Assembly (NCBI GenBank): GCA_964234715.1 | Contig: OZ174279.1 | DNA from: Podarcis melisellensis | Lineage: Eukaryota | Direction: 5' to 3' (one strand) | Length of the DNA: 64,000 nucleotides | Shown here: positions 23,595 through 37,344 of the stretch, one piece after another | How positions within the stretch are numbered: position 1 is the first letter of the stretch | How the letters are laid out: every line of letters begins with the position of its first letter | Translations under genes and position numbers: made by a program | Notes under the pieces: generated by a model | What the model saw: the letters and a program-made list of their open reading frames with translations, nothing else | The model's database searches: none | What the model was told of the DNA's origin: nothing

Positions 23595-23810
23595 TCAAAG
23601 TGCTTCAAGGTTCATTATCTAGTTGTTACCCTTACAACAACCCTGTAAGGCACATTAGTATTATCCCCTTCTATTGCTGAAGGGGGAACTGAGGTTGAGA
23701 CAGAGTGGCTTGCCTAAGGCCACCTAGTGAGTTTATGGCTGAGGCGAGATTGAAACCAGGGACTTTCTGATTTGGAGCTCAGTTCCTTAGTCAGTACACA
23801 ATCCAACTCT
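23595..23810 (-). mobile_element. MIR/CORE-like SINE
   Basis: CCTTACAACAACCCTGTAAGG...TATTATCCCC...GAACTGAGGTTGAGA...GGCTTGCCTAAGGCCAC core. Confidence 0.7.
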
Positions 23811-23942
23811 ATATTCTACCATAGTGGTGAAGTTATAATATATATCTCATATTTCCCACTGGGGTGCTAGTTTCAAGTTCTGTAAAATATTGGTGTGCTG
23901 TTTGCAAGCTTGGCTTTTGTTTTCTCCCTTTTGATGCTGCAG

Positions 23943-24157
23943 AGCTGTCCTCCTGTGCCACTGTGCTGGAACTGACCCGAACCAAACAGGGACCGTTTAC
24001 CCTAGAAGAGCATGTTCTTTATGAAGACAAATGGACCATTGATGAAATTGCCCGGTCTCTGGAGTATTGCATGCCTCTCCTCCAGGAAGAACCGCCTCGT
24101 AAAAAATTAAAGATGGAGCTGTCTGAAGAATGCGCCATGAACTCTGAAGATAAGTGA
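23943..24157 (+). CDS. TRUB1: TRUB1 terminal coding exon (exon 8 equivalent) to stop codon
   Basis: Pyrimidine tract plus TGCAG acceptor, phase 1. Encodes (E)[70 protein letters not shown] (LxRxxxGxF motif); TGA at 24155-24157. The seven exons sum to 719 nt in one open frame. Confidence 0.96.
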
Positions 24158-24572
24158 TAAGTCAGGTCAAGGAAAAAGACTGAATGACTGAGATGTTTTA
24201 AGATTGCTCTGGGATTGTCTTGTCTTCCCCTGTAAATTTACAGTCCAGTGCGTAGAGGATGACAAATTACAATGCAATGAAAATGATACCTTTCTATCTC
24301 TTCTGTTCGTGCTGAAGCACACAGACATACACAAAGATGCCCAGCATTTCTTTCCTTTCATAATGTCCGTATTGTGTTGTGAACTTATTTGTCAAGGAAG
24401 CAGACTCATCACTACACCCAGTAAAAGACCTTGTAGGACACTTCTAAAATTTGAATTTGCTTCCATGTCCTTATTTGTTTGTTTATTTGGGTACTTACAT
24501 CTCACCTTTAAAAGCAAAGCCCCTTCAAAAAGCAAGTTACAATATTAAATTTGTATAAATACAGTTTAAAAT

Positions 24573-24585
24573 AATAAAAAATAAA
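24573..24585 (+). promoter_or_regulatory. Candidate TRUB1 polyadenylation signals (two AATAAA)
   Basis: First AATAAA hexamers I noticed after the stop (24573-24578 and 24580-24585); usage cannot be shown from sequence. Confidence 0.35.
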
Positions 24586-25703
24586 TATAGCAGCAAGACA
24601 GTTAAAAACAGCCTAGAAGACTGTAGTTATATAAAGCCAATAGGGCCCTAAATTACCATACTGAGTACTGGTAATTAGGGAAACTGTGCAGATGTACCTC
24701 TGGATTTAAAGATCCATACTTGTGCTTTTCAGTGTGTTTCTTCTTTTTGAAGAATTGACATGTATGCTGATACACTGCTGCTAGTTCTATAGCTAAGTTT
24801 TCTCTTTTTTCATTTCTCAGCACATCTTACCTATAATTGCTCCAAGAGAATCTTATTATATACATTATCTATTCTCTGCATTAATGCCTTGCTTTTTTCT
24901 GATTCATTATTGTCCTTCCCAGTACTTTTGTGTGTGTAGACTATTTCTTTAAAGCTGTTGGTGTCATGAATTTCTTGGCACAGATGACAGCGGCAACATC
25001 TAGGCTGCAGGTGAAGTTGGCCTATCCAAACAAAGGTGATTATTTCCAAAGAAAGGTGATTAACCAAACCGTTTAAAACACATGACTTCTCCCAAAAAAA
25101 ATTCAGGGCACAGAGTGACAATTCCCAGCAACCCTTAACAAACTACAGTGCACATAATTTTAGATGGGCTGTGTGTGTGCTTCAAATGTGTTTTAAATAC
25201 ACAGTCTGTACACAATCTAAAAAGGAGTCTGGGCAATAGCTAATACCTGAGCAGCAGCAACAAAGTGGATCTAGGAGCATACTTATGCTTCATCCCTTAT
25301 CCATCAAGGACTGTGATTCTCTCCAGGGACCTTCCTCAGATCAAGCAGTATGCTCTCCTCCAGATGCCACCTCCTTTTGGGGGTGAGACAGGTGGCAACT
25401 GTGGAGAGGATCTTTGTGTCTATGGAATGCTCTGCTAAGGAATGTTAGCCCAGTTTCGGCTTTGATGTCACATTGGAGACCTTAATTACTGCACTGTTTC
25501 ATCAGCGGTTATTTTTCACCTCTTGGAGGTATTGCCATATAAAATTTTAGACCGATAGTATTGTTGTGAGCTGCCTTGAAAGTACATGTGTGTTGAAGAT
25601 TGGGATACAATTTTAATCTCTACACTGGAGCCTCTTTTTGCGTGTCTCTGAAATATCTGTTTTGGGTCCCAGTCCTGCATGCTGTTTCAGAAAGTATTGG
25701 CTA

Positions 25704-25961
25704 CAGTAATACCTCCGCAAACGTCCGCCTCGTCTAGCGTCCTTTCTGGCAAATGTCCGCGACAAACCCGGAAGTACCAGAATGGGTTACTTCCGGTTTT
25801 GCCGCTCGCACATGCACAGAAGTGCTAAATCGCGCTTCACACATGCGCAGAAGCACAAACCGCTCTGTGCACGTGTGCAGATGCGGCTCTTGTCCTGCAT
25901 CCTTTTCAGCTAGCGGCTGGGGCTCCGGAACGGATCCCAGTCGTGAAACAAGGTATGACCG
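25704..25961. mobile_element. Tc1/mariner (pogo/Tigger-like) MITE, copy 3
   Basis: TA|CAGTAATACCT ... AGGTATGACCG|TA. Shares CCGGAAGT..ACTTCCGG and GGGGCTCCGGAACGGATCCC with copy 2. Confidence 0.82.
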
Positions 25962-26047
25962 TACTCTGCTGATCATAATTACGGGTTGGGTCCGAAGGTG
26001 CATTTCTACATGCAGCACATAGTTAACCTATGAAACTCACTCCTATA

Positions 26048-26322
26048 GGAGGCCGTGATGGTCAGCAACCTAGATGGCTTTCCATGAGGAGTAGACCAAT
26101 TTATGGAAGGACTACTGAAGGCTACTAGCCATGATGACTCTGCTCTGCTCTCACTGCTAAAGGCAGTGCTTCTGAATTCCAGTTGCTGGAAACTCAGGAG
26201 GGGAGAGTGCTCTTGTGCTCAAATCCTGCTTGCTTGTTCCCAAAAGGCAACCACTGTGAGAACAGCATGCTGTACTGAATGGTCTATTAGCCTGATCCAG
26301 CAGGCTCTTCTTATGTTTTTAT
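26048..26322 (+). mobile_element. CR1-clade LINE 3' end (second subfamily)
   Basis: GGCTACTAGCCATGATG...CCAGTTGCTGGAA...CCACTGTGAGAACAG...CCTGATCCAGCAGGCTCTTCTTATGTT. Paralogues at 54085-54288 (+), 29545-29750 (-) and 30050-30180 (-). Confidence 0.7.
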
Positions 26323-29300
26323 AAGAACACCCCTCTTTTATAGGTAGAAGCACAAAAACTACTATAGTACCTACATACCAATTCACAAAGTATTCTGCAT
26401 GCTGCTGGGGGACATAACTTGTAGATATTTTCTATCTAGCTCATGGTTCTTTGGATCCAACCGTACAATTGAAAGAGTATCTTCTTAAACCATGTGTGTA
26501 CAACCTCCTTGCCTCTGCACACATGATGAAAAAGAAATGATGTTCCTGTTAATGTAATTATGATCAATAAGCACTTGCATAAATAGTTGCCTCACTTTGT
26601 TATAGGGTGGAAATGGATACTAAACTTTTTGCATATAGCTACTTCAGCTGTAACAGGTGAAATGGCCTCAAGTACCTTTTCCATCCTTGCAATTACCTTT
26701 AATTGGAGACGTGAATAAAAATGAGTGCTGCAGTGAAAAGAGTAAGTATATTTTTCCAAAGAAATATTCTCCAGGGCACATAGTATGAATGCTAATTATC
26801 TGACAGAACATGAACTCTTTTCTCAGGGAAAAAGAAGGCTTAGCCATAAAAAGAAGGTGGTATAATTATATCAGCTGTTCGGGGAGTAGGTGATTTTTAT
26901 CCTGCAATTCCCCCCCCCCCCCGAAAGTACTAGACATTAAGTCCAAATAAGGTTTTAGGGAGTTATGTAGAATACCAACACACAGTAATGTTTGGGTGAA
27001 GTCATATGCAGCCCTGTTATTAATAGAGGATGTATCTTTTATAGTAATTTATGAACTCACCCACACCATCCGTGGAAATGAGCTGATCTATTTATAATTA
27101 TTGTTATTATTTTAGCAACCTCTATCCATTTTAATGCTATAGAAATAAACCTGAAAGTAGCTTACATGAAAAATTTCATACCGTACATAAAACACATCCA
27201 CTATAATACAAAAATCAAAACTATTAGTAGTAGATTTAAAAAATCAATCACAGGACTGCAGCAATAAACCAAACGTCTTTTTTAATAGCCATGTGTTGGC
27301 TTGACAACAATAAAACAATAAAATGTCAGGACCTGGGAAGTCTCTCTAGGATGACATTCCACGGAGTAGGCACCACTACTAAAAAGGCCCTGTACCTTGC
27401 AGTAAGGCCTCAGATGTTGAACAGAGTATAGAAGAAAAGTGGTTCTTTAAATACCCAGGTCCCAAGTTGTTTAGGATTTTAAAAATCAAAACAAGCAAAG
27501 GTTTTTTTAAAAGGTAAAATGCAAACCAGTTATTTTCTGAGCTAATCCAACGATCTTTGGAAATGAACGCCTTCCTATCAGCTGTGGGAGTGTTCTCAAC
27601 TCTTCTCTTTACTTAGCTGCAAGTGGAGAAGGTAGCAATATCAGCAGGAACTTTCTCCACAGTAGGCTCTGGACCTCAGCCAAGAAAGAGCTCTGCAACT
27701 CTGAAAAGATATCCATTGGGCTTCCTAAAAAAGCATACTGTCATGGTATCCAAAGATATCTTGCATGACTCACTGACAAACCCATGTAACACACCTGGAG
27801 CCCCATCCCAAATCCTGTCTTGGGCTTGTATGCCAGCCAGAGGACTTTGCTAGTGTGAGTGTGGGGAGGGTGTTCTAATTGGAAAGAGGAAGGGCTCAGG
27901 TGTGCAGCAGAACCCAGCAGATGAGTAGGAGTGGCCACCTGAGAAGAAATAAACCTTGCAGTCCCTCCTGGGTCTTTTCTGGAAAAGCAACACCTTATTG
28001 GATTCCTGTAGGCAACTCCAGCTCATCCTGCTCCCAGATATGGGGAACTGGTGACAGGTAAGTGAACTCCAGGTAAGCAGAAAATTTCAGAAATGTCTTT
28101 GTTTGGGGACACAGGAACTAGCCCTCAGCTGCAACTGTTCTAAGGCCTTGCCAGGTGCTCCACAATTAGCTCACTTGCCTCCTTGATTTAAAAAGCTTGC
28201 TTGTTCCCTGTTCACAAATTATTCCCAGATGATGTTCTTGATGGTGTACCCAAAATGCTGTATCATTTAACTCTTGGTTTCCCCGTCTGTGAATGTGCAT
28301 AAGATGGATATGGAATATGGGAAGGGCTCTTGCTTTGGTTCATTGAAAGGGTGGTTAGACTCGTCTGCATTTGGAACCTGTGTGTACTGGACTTGCCCGC
28401 ACAAGCCCACAACTCCAGCTTTTATGCCAATGTCATGCTTACCAGGGACAAGCAGAGCTATGCTTCCTTGACTAACTGAAGGAAAACATGGCCTTAAATA
28501 AAGTTTGAGTTGTGCTGTAGGGTTGAGGAATGCTGTCATTGTCTTACTGTCATGGTAAATCCAGCACAATGTCATTAGTTTGAGTGGAGTTACTTACGTG
28601 ACTGAACATATCTTTAGTGCTCAGGGGTGTTCAGAATGTTTTGTTCTTTCCATTTTTATCCCACCCTTATTGTAAAGAGTTCATAGTTTCTTCCCCTTTT
28701 ATCCTCACAACAACCCTGGGAAGTAGGTTAGACTAAGGAAAGTGTAGCCAATGACGTGCTCTCTGGATGTCGTGTTACTACAACTCCCATCATCCCTGAC
28801 CGTGGAATAGGTTGGCTGAGACACAGCTGGAATCTTCAGAACTGAGCATTTCTTAAGAGAACGTTGTGTTTCACATTTGCATCGTAGCAAGTGAACCTGT
28901 GGAAGAAAAGCGGCTTTCCTGCTGCAGTGAACATCAGATGTGCTTAACCTGTGGCCCTCCAGTCATCGTTGGACTACAGCTTCCTTCATCCCTGAGCACT
29001 GGCTATGCTATACAGGGCTGTTGGTATTCCAATGACCTCTCGGGGGCCACAGGTTCTCCATCCTTGCTATATTTGGGAAATCAGACTCGACTGTCTGGGG
29101 TGATAGCTCAGCAGCATGTTGCATTCTTTGCATGCATAAGGTTGATCCACGACATCTCTTGTTAAAAGATTTCAAACAGCAGTGGCAGAAAAGACCTCTG
29201 CTAGAGGCCATGAAAAGCTGCCGCTGCCAATAGCAGCAGATGACAATTTGCTTTGTGAACCAATGACCTGACTATGCTCTCTATTCACTTGTAGTTAAGA

Positions 29301-30954
29301 CTACAGTAAAAACTTCGCATTTCGGAGGAGTGGAATGCTGTGGCTGGTTTGGGCTAGCATGGTATTTGCTGAGTAAGCACCACTTGGCATGCTGCATGCA
29401 TGATGAGTGCTTGCTTGAACTTTGCCTGATATCCAAGCATCCTTATTTTGCACTTTATCATGGGGGATGTTAATAAAGGAGGTGTTAGTAAAGTTTCTTG
29501 TTTTATAATTCATAGATGCCTTGAATGTGCCTGCATTTTAACTTAATAGGAGCCCTGCTGGATCAGACCAAAGGTTCTCATTCAGCATCCTGTCTCCTAC
29601 AGTAGCCAATCTGATAACTTTTGGGAAGCCCGCAAACATGGCATGATGGTGTTAGACTATGTCTGTTGCCCACCATCCAACTGGTATTTAAAGACAAATT
29701 GCATCTGCATGGTCTATGTAGCTATTATGGCAAGTAGCTGTTGATTGACCCAGTTGTTGATGGTTTCTCTTATGAGGTAGGCATGCACATAGCTTAGAAA
29801 AGTACCTGTTTTGCATGGAGAAATCCTATGTTCAATCCCCTGGCATCTTTTGAGCCATGCTATAGGAAATGAGGCCTTGTGCGTGGACTTCTCTTGTGAC
29901 CTTTCCTGGGTATAGTGCTGTGATCATTAAGCCAGCCCTGTTTTGCAGCTGTGTTAGCCCAACAACTTTTAAAAATTGAGTTGCGTAGAAGGTTACATTA
30001 TAGTAGGAAAGTTCTAGCATCCATTGCTTAAAGACATGGGAAGTGGCTGCCCATCTAGTCTAGCATCTTGTTCTCACAGTGGCCAACCAGATGCCTGTGG
30101 GAAGAACACAATCGGGAGCTGAGCACAGCAGCATTCTTCCCACCTCTATTCCCAGCAACTGGTATTCAGAGGCATGCTTAAGAGGGGAGAGGGGGTGGGT
30201 TGGTGGTTGATATTGGCAAATGCTTACAGAGCGTTGAGTTATCCTGACAGGTAGAAAATATTGTACTTCCGTACTCTGGGTGTAAAAAAAAAAACAACTC
30301 CAGGGAAAAGAAGCTGTTAAGCAAGTGAGCTGAGATCACTGGCCTGGAATTACGTTTTGGCTATAAATACAATCCAGATAATTGTGAACTAGTCAGTGGT
30401 GCCTGTGACGTTTTTATAGCCACGTTTCAGGGGTTTATCGGAAGGTGAGCTTGTGCTTGGTAAAAACTTGCAAAGAGAAGGCAAAAATCCAAGATGTTTT
30501 GCTGTTATGAAATATGAGTGTGATTGGGAAGAATTGTGGAAGGAACCTCTTGTGATTTTCAAAGCTCTTGGTGAGGGGACTGTTTTCCTACTTTCATTAT
30601 CACATCATCTTTTTCCACTTAGGGGCATGGGATAGCAGAGAACTGTAAATAAGATAGCAGAGAACTGTAAATGTTAAATACAGATGTCTTCCAATGACTT
30701 CATGTGGATGTCCAATGACTTCATGTAGATGTTAAATAGCATTGCAGACAATATAGTGACTTGTGGCAACTTGTAGCTCAAGAGCCATGAGACTTAGAAG
30801 CAATTGTGCAACGCTATATTCATAAATAGTTCCTGGAGATTAGATCAGAGCTACTGCAGAACACAGTCCCTGATACCCATCTCCTATAGATGGTCCAGGA
30901 GAATTCCATGGTCAGTGGTGTCAAAAACCAATGTGGGATCTAGTAAGAGCAACA

Positions 30955-31192
30955 GTAATAAATACTAATAATAATTTATTTATATGCTGCCCATCTGCTG
31001 GGTTTCCCCAGCCACTCTGGGCAGCTTTCAGCAAATTAAAACACAATAAAACATCAAACATTAAAAACTTTCCTATACAGGGATGCCTTCAGATGTCTTC
31101 TAAAAGTCAGGTGTTTATTTCCTTGACATTGATGGGAGGGCGTTCCACAGGGCGGGCGCCACTACTAAGAAGGTTCTCTGCCTGGTTCCCTG
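30955..31192 (-). mobile_element. L2 LINE 3' end
   Basis: (AAT)-rich tail then TTTATTTATATGCTGCCCATCTGCTGGGTTTCCCCAGCCACTCTGGGCAGCT and GGGAGGGCGTTCCACAGGGCGGGCGCCACTAC. Confidence 0.75.
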
Positions 31193-32773
31193 AAATGTCA
31201 ATTTGCAGTAAAAATTGGACCATAGTGTAGAGCTATGGTCAAATGGATTGAAGCTGTAGATGGATGCTGAATCCAAAGGAAAATGAGTAAAACCTGTCCC
31301 TAAACCTAATTGATGGCACTTGGTTTCTTCTGATCAGGAAGGTTTGCAATGGGACCATCCATAAATCTTGTCACAAATTCAAATGCTTTTTAAATCACCT
31401 ATGCCAGCTTCACAATTTGTCCCTTTTTGACCAATGCCTAATTCTTCCTTGGTCACAACCCTCCCCATTTCTTGATCCACAGCATATTTTATGGACACAG
31501 GGCCACTCTCTTTCATGAAAAAAATCCCTGGGAAAAGGTTGCATAAGCTCTTTCAGTGGCTGATTTCAATTTTGAAGTACCACTCTGGTTAAATAATCAC
31601 GTTTCTGTAGGCTGCCATAGTACAAAACATCCCAGCTATCCTACAACACAGGCAGAGCCTCAACCCATCTTCCTTATCTTCCTTCCCACCATTGCCTTGC
31701 TATGGCAGGATTCTGCCCTGTGGCTGTCAATCTGTTTGGGATTAACATTTCTGTTCTACAGAACCATAAATGATGCATTCTGAAAGGCTCACTCTTCCTG
31801 TGTTGTAGCAGAAATGGATCTCTCTCCCTCTCTTTCTGCCTTTTTAGGCCACTCTAGAGAGAGTGCAGTGTTTCTCAGCACTTTGTTTGAGTTAGAGATG
31901 TCAGCATCTGTTGCCAAGGAAATTGAATTCTAAAATTACACTAGTAACCACGGTTATCTTGCACTATATCACATTTTTCATGAAATGCTCCAGCAATATA
32001 GAACTATAGGACAGCATAATTTGAAGTACGTGGGTATTTTTGTGTGTGTGCATGTTATTCTAACATGCAACTCTCTTCCTCCCATCATGTGAAATGTTAC
32101 TGGCCAGGAAAAGCTGTATTTTTTGTTAATTAAATAAACTTAGAATCATATATTTTTTAAAAAAAGTTTAACACAATATGGGACCAAATCTGCACTACGT
32201 AGCTATGGGTTCATACAGGGACAACAGGTCATTTTATTTCTCCCCATTTCCAGAATCCCTACATTATAGAAGCAAAACCTTCCCACTCATACACACCCCT
32301 ACCTGTTACAACAGCCAACATTTTACTAGCCATATGAAACAATTCATGAATTCAGTCAATAGTCGTTGTCTCACCTTCTCTTTCATACATTTATTGAATG
32401 TGTGGAGGATTTCCTCCCTTTGCCCTCTCATTGACCAGAAGCTGAGAATGGGGCTCCATGTGCGATCAGAAGCCCTGGTGTAAGTGGTCTTCTCGATTGT
32501 TGGGGTAGGCCATACAGGTCAGTCTTGCGGAGAGTGACAAATGAAGTGTGGGGGGAATTTTTTATTACGTGGGTATAGGGCGATATACAAATTTAATTAA
32601 TAAATAATAATAATAATAAGGTGCCCATTCTCACCTTGATAAAAGTGCTGTGGATGCCAGCACAAAATGGCTGCCTTGAGCAGCAAAAAAAGAGGTGACT
32701 GTACTCAGTACTAGTGAGCACTATTGCTCCCCAAAAGCACCATTACAGTTGCATTTTCACAGTGCCTTTTGGA

Positions 32774-32901
32774 TCATAGAATCATATTAATGTAGAGTTG
32801 GGAAAAGGGTCCTGGATCATGTAATATGCAGTTGTCCCATACAGGGATTGAACCTGCAGCCTTGTTGTTATCAGCACTACATTCTAACCAATTGAGCTGT
32901 C
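32774..32901 (-). mobile_element. tRNA(Ile-like)-headed SINE with CR1 tail, decayed
   Basis: Minus strand GACAGCTCAATTGGTTAGAATGTAGTGCTGATAAC...GCAGGTTCAATCCC followed by CCCAACTCTAC...ATGATTCTATGA. Confidence 0.7.
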
Positions 32902-35900
32902 TAGTCTGATGAATTTAGGGAGGTTGAGGCCAGGCACAGGCCAGGGGGTGCACTTCTGTGTGTGTGTTCAGGAATGGATGTAACAAAAAGTAAAAACTCT
33001 TTGGCTTCTAAAGTGATTCTGTGTGCTTTACAATGTAGGCTACTTGGGTTGGAAAGTATGTAGTCAGCCAAGTGCAGATATTGCTTACCTGCTTGTCTCT
33101 TTTGGTCATGTACAATACATGGCTGTTTGCTTTTGGTTGATGAGAGAATCGATTCAGATCCATGCCATGCACCATATGGTATAAACAGACAACTTTCTAG
33201 GTGAGCCATGTCAGGCAAGAATTCAAAGATTATGGATTTCAAAATGCACTTGGCTCCACTCATTGATTAGTTGAAGCCTGGGTCAGGTTATTTGCAGTTC
33301 TGTACAGCAAGCACACAAAAGAGTGCCGTGATGTATTGTGTGTATGTGGTAGGAGCCTTAAGATGAGCTGTTGCTTGAACATCTGCTGCTTAATCCTGAA
33401 AAGGGAAAAGGAGACTGCCAATGTATTGGTGTGTGCATGGGGGAGGGATATGTATTATAAAGTATATTGTTCAGATAGGATTTAGGATAATGAATGCTAG
33501 CCTGTATGTGTAGTTTTCCCCCCTCTGTGCTAAACGTTTCGTTTTCTTCTGATGAGCAGAGTCGGCAAAGCTGCTTAGGCCTCTGCCAACAGCTAATTGG
33601 GTAAGTGTGGACATTCAGGGTAAATCTGAAACTGCAGCTCTATTTGTTGTCTCATTAAGGCTTTTATTGTTTGTGTTCCTGGAGCCAGGGATTCTCCAGC
33701 TGGGACCAAAACATTGATAAATTGCCATTGCATACGCTAGCAGAGCTAACTTTTGAGTTTTGAAATGTACCAGATTGCATTTGGCATCTTTTAATTGCTG
33801 CTTGAAAAATTTATATGATGTTGCAGTTTTAAAAGGATACCAGCTTTCCTCTTAGCCCCATTAACGCAGCATCTTTCTTCCATGAGATGAAGGCTTTCAA
33901 AAGGTGTTCTTCCTTTGGGTTATAAATGCAGGAGCTGTTATGGTCTGCTGAATCTTTGTAGATGACCCACTTCTCTTTATATTTTTCCAAGCTACGTATA
34001 GGGCTGCAAATGGGTAACATGGCCACCTTAAACATTAACAACAGTAACTGGGCATACAGAAATTGTATATTTAATGTCCGTCAAACACTGTGGTGTGGTA
34101 CTGGATCTTCCTTCTTCCCAGTCGATGCAAACTCACTTGCCACCAACTGCCTTCTCATTAGAGTCCAGCAGCAACCAGGCTACAGTGCCCCCGGCTGAAG
34201 AGATGGACCAGGTTCCTAGTGCTGAGTCTGTAGCTGATAATCAGGGAACATAAGGAAATTGCCTTATATTCTTGGTCCATCTAGCTCAATATTGTTTACA
34301 TTGATGGACAGTGACTCTGCAGGGTTTCAGACGGGGGTCTGATTATGGAGATCGAAATTAGGACCTTCTGCTTGTAAAGCAAATGCTTTACCACTGAGTT
34401 ATAACTCCTTCCTGAACCTGGTAGGCAGGAGCCTATTGAAATGAATGCTATAGCATCAGGGTCTGTAGAACATTCCCCTGGGCCCAAGAAACTGAGTTCA
34501 CTTTGCAGGAAGAACACCAGGCAGGATGCTAAAGAAAGGAAGGGGAGAACCATCTTCAGGCCAGAGGTGTTTTCTAACAAAAGGGGTGGAGCATTTGAGA
34601 GCTAGGCTGGGGGCAGAGGCTCAGTATGTATTAACTTAGCTGCAGCCCACTAAAGGTTCTTCTTGGTGCTGCAGTAGCCTTACCTGTGGCCTCCTTCTAA
34701 AAGCAGGACACCAACTACCTTATGTTTGCTTCCAATTACTTTCTCTGAGCTTTGTGCCATGTTATCTTTGCCCGTCTCTCTCTCTTCGTTTGTGGCAGAT
34801 CTTAAAGCCCAGGCAAGACAGGAGAGGCTCTCCTTCAGATGACTGGGTCTTGAGTCATTCAGCCCTTCATACATAAGCACTAAAGCCTTGAACTGGCCCC
34901 AGTAGCTTATGAACAGTGCAAGCTCTTCACTTATATGAAGTGCTTATTGTTCCATCTGCTTTTCAAAAAAAGTCTTACTGACAGAGATCAAAATGAAGGA
35001 GTGGGGACCCTCAGGCCTAGGGACCAAGTGCGTTCCTCCAGAGCTCTCCATGCAACACTCTGATGGACCCTGCTCTGTTCTCTCCCTTAGCCCTTTTTCC
35101 TCACTGGAATGTGTTCTGGAACTGTAATCCTGTATCTTGCTTGTCGGGATGTATGATAGAGGTGTGGATATGTGTGCATGGTTTTTGCATGGTTGGAATG
35201 CAGGTTATTGTTCAAAGCTATCTGTCGCACCCAGAGTCTCACTTGCTTTTGCCTCTTGCCTCACCCATCGCTGGCAAGCAGCCCTCAGAACATTCCCCGC
35301 AAGGGAATCACCAGGGTCATACACACCCTCTCTTCAGGGCAACCAAAGCAGTTTAGTTCCAACTAAACTATGCCACACTTCTATATGCTCCAAGACTGAG
35401 TATCCTTGGGTGAAAAATGTTCCCTATCCCAGCCTTAACGTACTCCCCCTTTCTCCTTTCATTTCCCTCACTAAAAAAATGCTTTAAACAGATTTTTAAT
35501 ATCATACATAAAGCACCTTAAGCAATATGTGACAGGGACAGACAACAGGCTTGATTTTATTGGCCTCCCCCCCCCACCAGTGGGCACAGAGCTTAGATAT
35601 TCAAAATGATGAGTTGGCCTCATAAACCTATATGGAACCTGGAAATAGTCCCTGCGGAGTTCTCATCTGCTATCTCATTTTTTTAGAATGGTGAACCCAC
35701 TGCCATTACGTTTGTAGTATATGCAGCACAATGAGAGTTGAAATGTACTCCTTTCATAAAACTAAAAAATAATAATTAAAGCTCAAGAGCCTTGGGGGAT
35801 TCTAACCAGAGCCTGTAGGCTAACATGTAGATGTCCCAAAGGCGGGAGGTGGGAATGTAAGGACCGCTGGTGATGTGGCCCACCCCTTCATTAAAGGAAC

Positions 35901-36829
35901 TTGAAGGAGAAATTTCAAAGGTCAAATTGCTGCAGATGTATTCATGACTTTCTAGCCCTGGAGAAATGAATATGATAATGGCTTCTTTTTTCAGGAAGAA
36001 TGAAGAGTTCTAATATTGTCCATTGTCACATTTATCTCTACAAAACATTTAACTTTCGTACAATTACACTGAAAGCTTGCACAAGGAAAGGACTGAAATT
36101 AACAGCAAAATGTTTAGGCGTCTCACCCTCCCCCCTTTTTCCCTTTTGAAGTGATTTGAAAAAAATTCTCTCCCTTGTGCTCAGATTTGTTTGCATTGTG
36201 ACGACCACACCACTTTTCCAAGCAGTGAGAAGTTCCAGAGGGTGTAGCATTGACCCAGGTTTGATTTCCTTTGGAAGGAAACCACAGGAGGCATATTGGA
36301 ATTCTGTAATATTTGTGTTCCTTTGCAAATATGCAGGTAGTAGTATTTCTCAAACCAGGGGAAGGGAACCTGTGGGTCCCCAGTTACTGCTGGGCTTAAA
36401 CTCCCATCAGCCTCTACCAGCATGGCCAGTGGCCAGGAATCATGGAAGTTGTAGTTCTTCAGCATCTGGAGGGCCACAGGACTCCTATAACTGGGGTGGG
36501 GAACCTCCAGATGCTTCCTTTGTCCCCAACCGTGGGCCATACTGGATGGGGATGGTGGCAACTGGAGCCTAATAAAATTTTCCCAATACTTGGCTTAAAC
36601 ACTGCAATAGACAGCCAAAGTCTACTGCTCCCACATCAGATCTCTGGGGACGGAGGCAGCACCCTAAGATACTGTACAGAGACCAAACTCTGCAGTCTGC
36701 TGAGCAATCTTATTTTTATCATTCTCACTGTTCCTGAATTGTTACTTCCTGAATTGTGGGCAGGGAGGGAGGCAAGAGATATTCCCTGATTAAGGTATTT
36801 CTCAGTGACTGAGAAGGCCCAACCATTAA

Positions 36830-37193
36830 AAGTAAAAGGTAAAGGTACCCCTGCCCGTACGGGCCAGTCTTGCCAGACTCTGGGGTTGTGCGCCCATCTC
36901 ACTTAAGAGGCCAGGGGCCAGCGCTGTCCGAAGACACTTCCGGGTCACGTGGCCAGCGTGACATCGCTGCTCTGGCGAGCCAGAGCCGCACACGGAAACG
37001 CCGTTTACCTTCCCGCTAGAAAGCGGTCCCTATTTATCTACTTGCACCTGGGGGTGCTTTCGAACTGCTAGGTTGGCAGGCGCTGGGACCGAGCAGCGGG
37101 AGCGCACCCCGCCGCAGGGATTCGAACCGCCGACCTTTCGATCGGCAAGTCCTAGGCGCTGAGGCTTTAACCCACAGCGCCACCTGCATCCCT
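36830..37193 (-). mobile_element. Sauria SINE, full length, young
   Basis: Minus strand GGGATGCAGGTGGCGCTGTGGG (A box), GGTTCGAATCCC (B box) and (ACCTTT)n tail. 10-bp TSD CAACCATTAA at 36820-36829 and 37194-37203; CpGs retained. Confidence 0.95.
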
Positions 37194-37344
37194 CAACCAT
37201 TAAGAGCCCTCAACCAATCTACCTAACAAAAACGAGTTATTTGGAAATTATGCAGGAGCTGGAGGCTGCCTAAATAGTTCTGTTAGTCATCTCCTCTCCA
37301 GATTTCAGATCTACAGCGTGAGACATACCACCACTTGTTAAATC

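Noticed and set aside
33549-33585. CTGATGAGCAG...CTGCT hairpin resembling hammerhead stem II
   Set aside because: No GAAA follows the stem and there is no cleavage-site helix.
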